Position numbers and translations under genes: made by a program | Notes under the pieces: model-generated | Told to the model about the DNA's origin: nothing | What the model saw: only the letters and a program-made list of their open reading frames with translations | The model's database searches: none | Part shown: piece after piece, positions 62,002-64,000 of the stretch | Layout of the letters: each line of letters starts with the position of its first letter | Numbering within the stretch: position 1 is the stretch's first letter | Assembly (NCBI GenBank): GCA_964106645.2 | Contig: OZ067046.1 | Strand: one strand, 5' to 3' | DNA from: Podarcis pityusensis | Lineage: Eukaryota | DNA: 64,000 nt

Positions 62002-64000
62002 CTTTTAAAAAGACAAAAGAAACCAAGAGAGTGTTAGCTGTTTTGTTGACAGAGATCCTAATGCTCTCCCTCACAGTTTTAACTGACTGACCTCCCTCTC
62101 ACCTTCAATCCCACAACACAGTTGTTTTTTTTTAAAATCATAGACTATATATTTCCTTTTCTTAACTCCCACTTATAGTTTAAACCTACAGCTGAAAGAA
62201 ATGTGAGTCATATGCTTGTATTACTTTACTATAAAAGCAGCATCTATTACAGAGGACATATCAACTATTATGCCCTATCATAATGGGTTTGTGGTTTGGT
62301 TTGGTTTGGTTTGGTTTAGTACTGAGCTAAAAATGCCTCCTTCCTTTTCAAGGTGCAATTTATCTCCAGCAAAAGTGGGGAAATTATTATTTTTTGGTCT
62401 TTTTTTTGGTGAGTAGGTGTGTGCAGGGGGCAGGAAGAGAAATGTATCCTACTTTTAGTGGGGCTTATCTATGATATAGGTATGAGTAGGCAGTAGGGTT
62501 GCAGCCTTTCTTTCATAATAAAATTGTTTTGTTAGTTCAAGTGGTGGCAGAGTTAAATGGCCAGCATCAGCTGGTGGGATCCCTCATTGAGTATAGTCCG
62601 GGAACCATGCCATGCCATAGCATTCTTTCCAGAAGGATTGTCAGCAATAAATAAGTATATATTTTAAAGGCTGTTTCCACTTCCCTGTTGCTTATTGCAG
62701 CTCCACCACTGCTTGAAGCAGTGTCAAGACTGCAACCTGCTAACATCTAGCATGGTAAGCCATTCCATCCCTGGAAAATTATTGAGAACTTTCTCCCAAC
62801 TCGCGTAAATAAGAAAAATAATTTCAGTGCTGTTTTCACCCTCCCTGTGCCTTAAAAGGTCTGTACTGTGTTATATTTTAAGGGGTAGTCAGGAAACTTG
62901 CCAACAAATCATGCTGCCTTGTTTTGGCCAGGCTTAACGGTTTAAATGGAACTAATCTCTTTCCCTCCATAAAGCAACTTGTAAAGCAGGGCAGAGAAAG
63001 AACTTGCCTCCCACCATGTATAAGTATTAGGGCTGCCATGAATGTGTGGTGTTCTGGAACAAAGATGGCAGAAGTGTGCCCAAGTCATGCAGATTCAAAC
63101 GTTTTCACAAAACATAATGGAAATCACACCTGACACACCATGCAATGAGATCCAGGAAAGGACAAAAGCACTGGTGAGGTAATAGGTAAGAGTCAATAAG
63201 GGTCCAGTTTCTATTCTTACTTTTGGAGATTATCTGATCCAAATCTCCTAGTAATTAGCGGCAAACCTCAAAAACTTTCATGAAAGCATATCCCTATCAA
63301 AAGATGTTAAGACTTTTGTTTACTAATCTTCTTGGCAATCTTACAGTGATGTTGTATCATGTTATAGCTCAGCACCTTTACAAAACTGGACACAGCCATT
63401 TCTTTCAAGCAAACCATCACAAATCTCTAATTAAAGGCATTTTCTTACCATTATGAAAAGTGGGTTTTAGAGAGAATGTGTATTTCTATGTGAAATCTGG
63501 AAGCTAACTACAATGAATTATTTTGAAATTTACATCTTAAAACATACACACTCAGAATAGGAAACACTTATGTTGGAAATATTTTAACCTGCCTTCCAGA
63601 AGAATTACCCTATGTATTCAGCATTGTAGCAATAGACAGAAAACAGATAACAACTTCAGACGCCAAATCAAGTCACTTTTCCCAGAACAAAGCAATTTGA
63701 TGCTTTCTTAATCGGAAGCAAGTCCTGCTGAATTTTATCCTGCTTTCTTCCAGGACAACAGCCCAAGCATATCAATATTATTAACTTTTTCAAGGTATAT
63801 AAATGAAGCTCAAAAACCATTTTGTCAACTTATATATTTCATCAACTCAGCTGTAGCTTTCTTTTAATGTCCTTTTGATAGTGCATTTATGATTATTTGT
63901 GTTCATACAGCCATCAGGGCAGTCATCCATGATCCCACTTTCAACACTATTTACGTTTACAGAAGTTGTGAGGCAGCAATACTGCTCTATTTATATAACC

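Overview
Eukaryotic (vertebrate) genomic DNA, almost certainly a squamate reptile and probably a lacertid-type lizard; this is inferred from Sauria SINEs, BovB/RTE and other squamate repeats. Two intron-rich genes lie in tandem on the minus strand. MICU3 (mitochondrial calcium uniporter regulator, EF-hand) has coding exons 2-14 at 62001..32086, with exon 1 beyond the window end. ZDHHC2 (DHHC palmitoyltransferase) has its CpG-island promoter and coding exons 1-11 at 21656/21641..138, with the last coding exon beyond the window start. All exons were reconstructed by hand with GT-AG boundaries and consistent phases; exon numbering follows the human orthologues from memory. Introns and the intergenic gap hold many transposon relics: TA-flanked Tc1/mariner-pogo MITEs, hAT MITEs, Sauria SINEs, tRNA/CR1 SINEs, BovB, L2, CR1, Penelope remnants and a probable solo LTR. 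Most notable: (1) two TSD-flanked, ORF-less, poly(A)-tailed L1-type elements with intact-looking 5' ends and an internal splice donor; (2) a MITE family with conserved ends but swapped tandem-repeat cargo; (3) an internally deleted DUF4817/DD41D-type mariner; (4) a candidate 18-nt alternative stop micro-exon in MICU3; (5) a ZDHHC2 5' end with an in-frame MGC- start and an overlapping uORF. No prokaryotic-type system (CRISPR etc.) is present, and almost all ORF-track entries are spurious.
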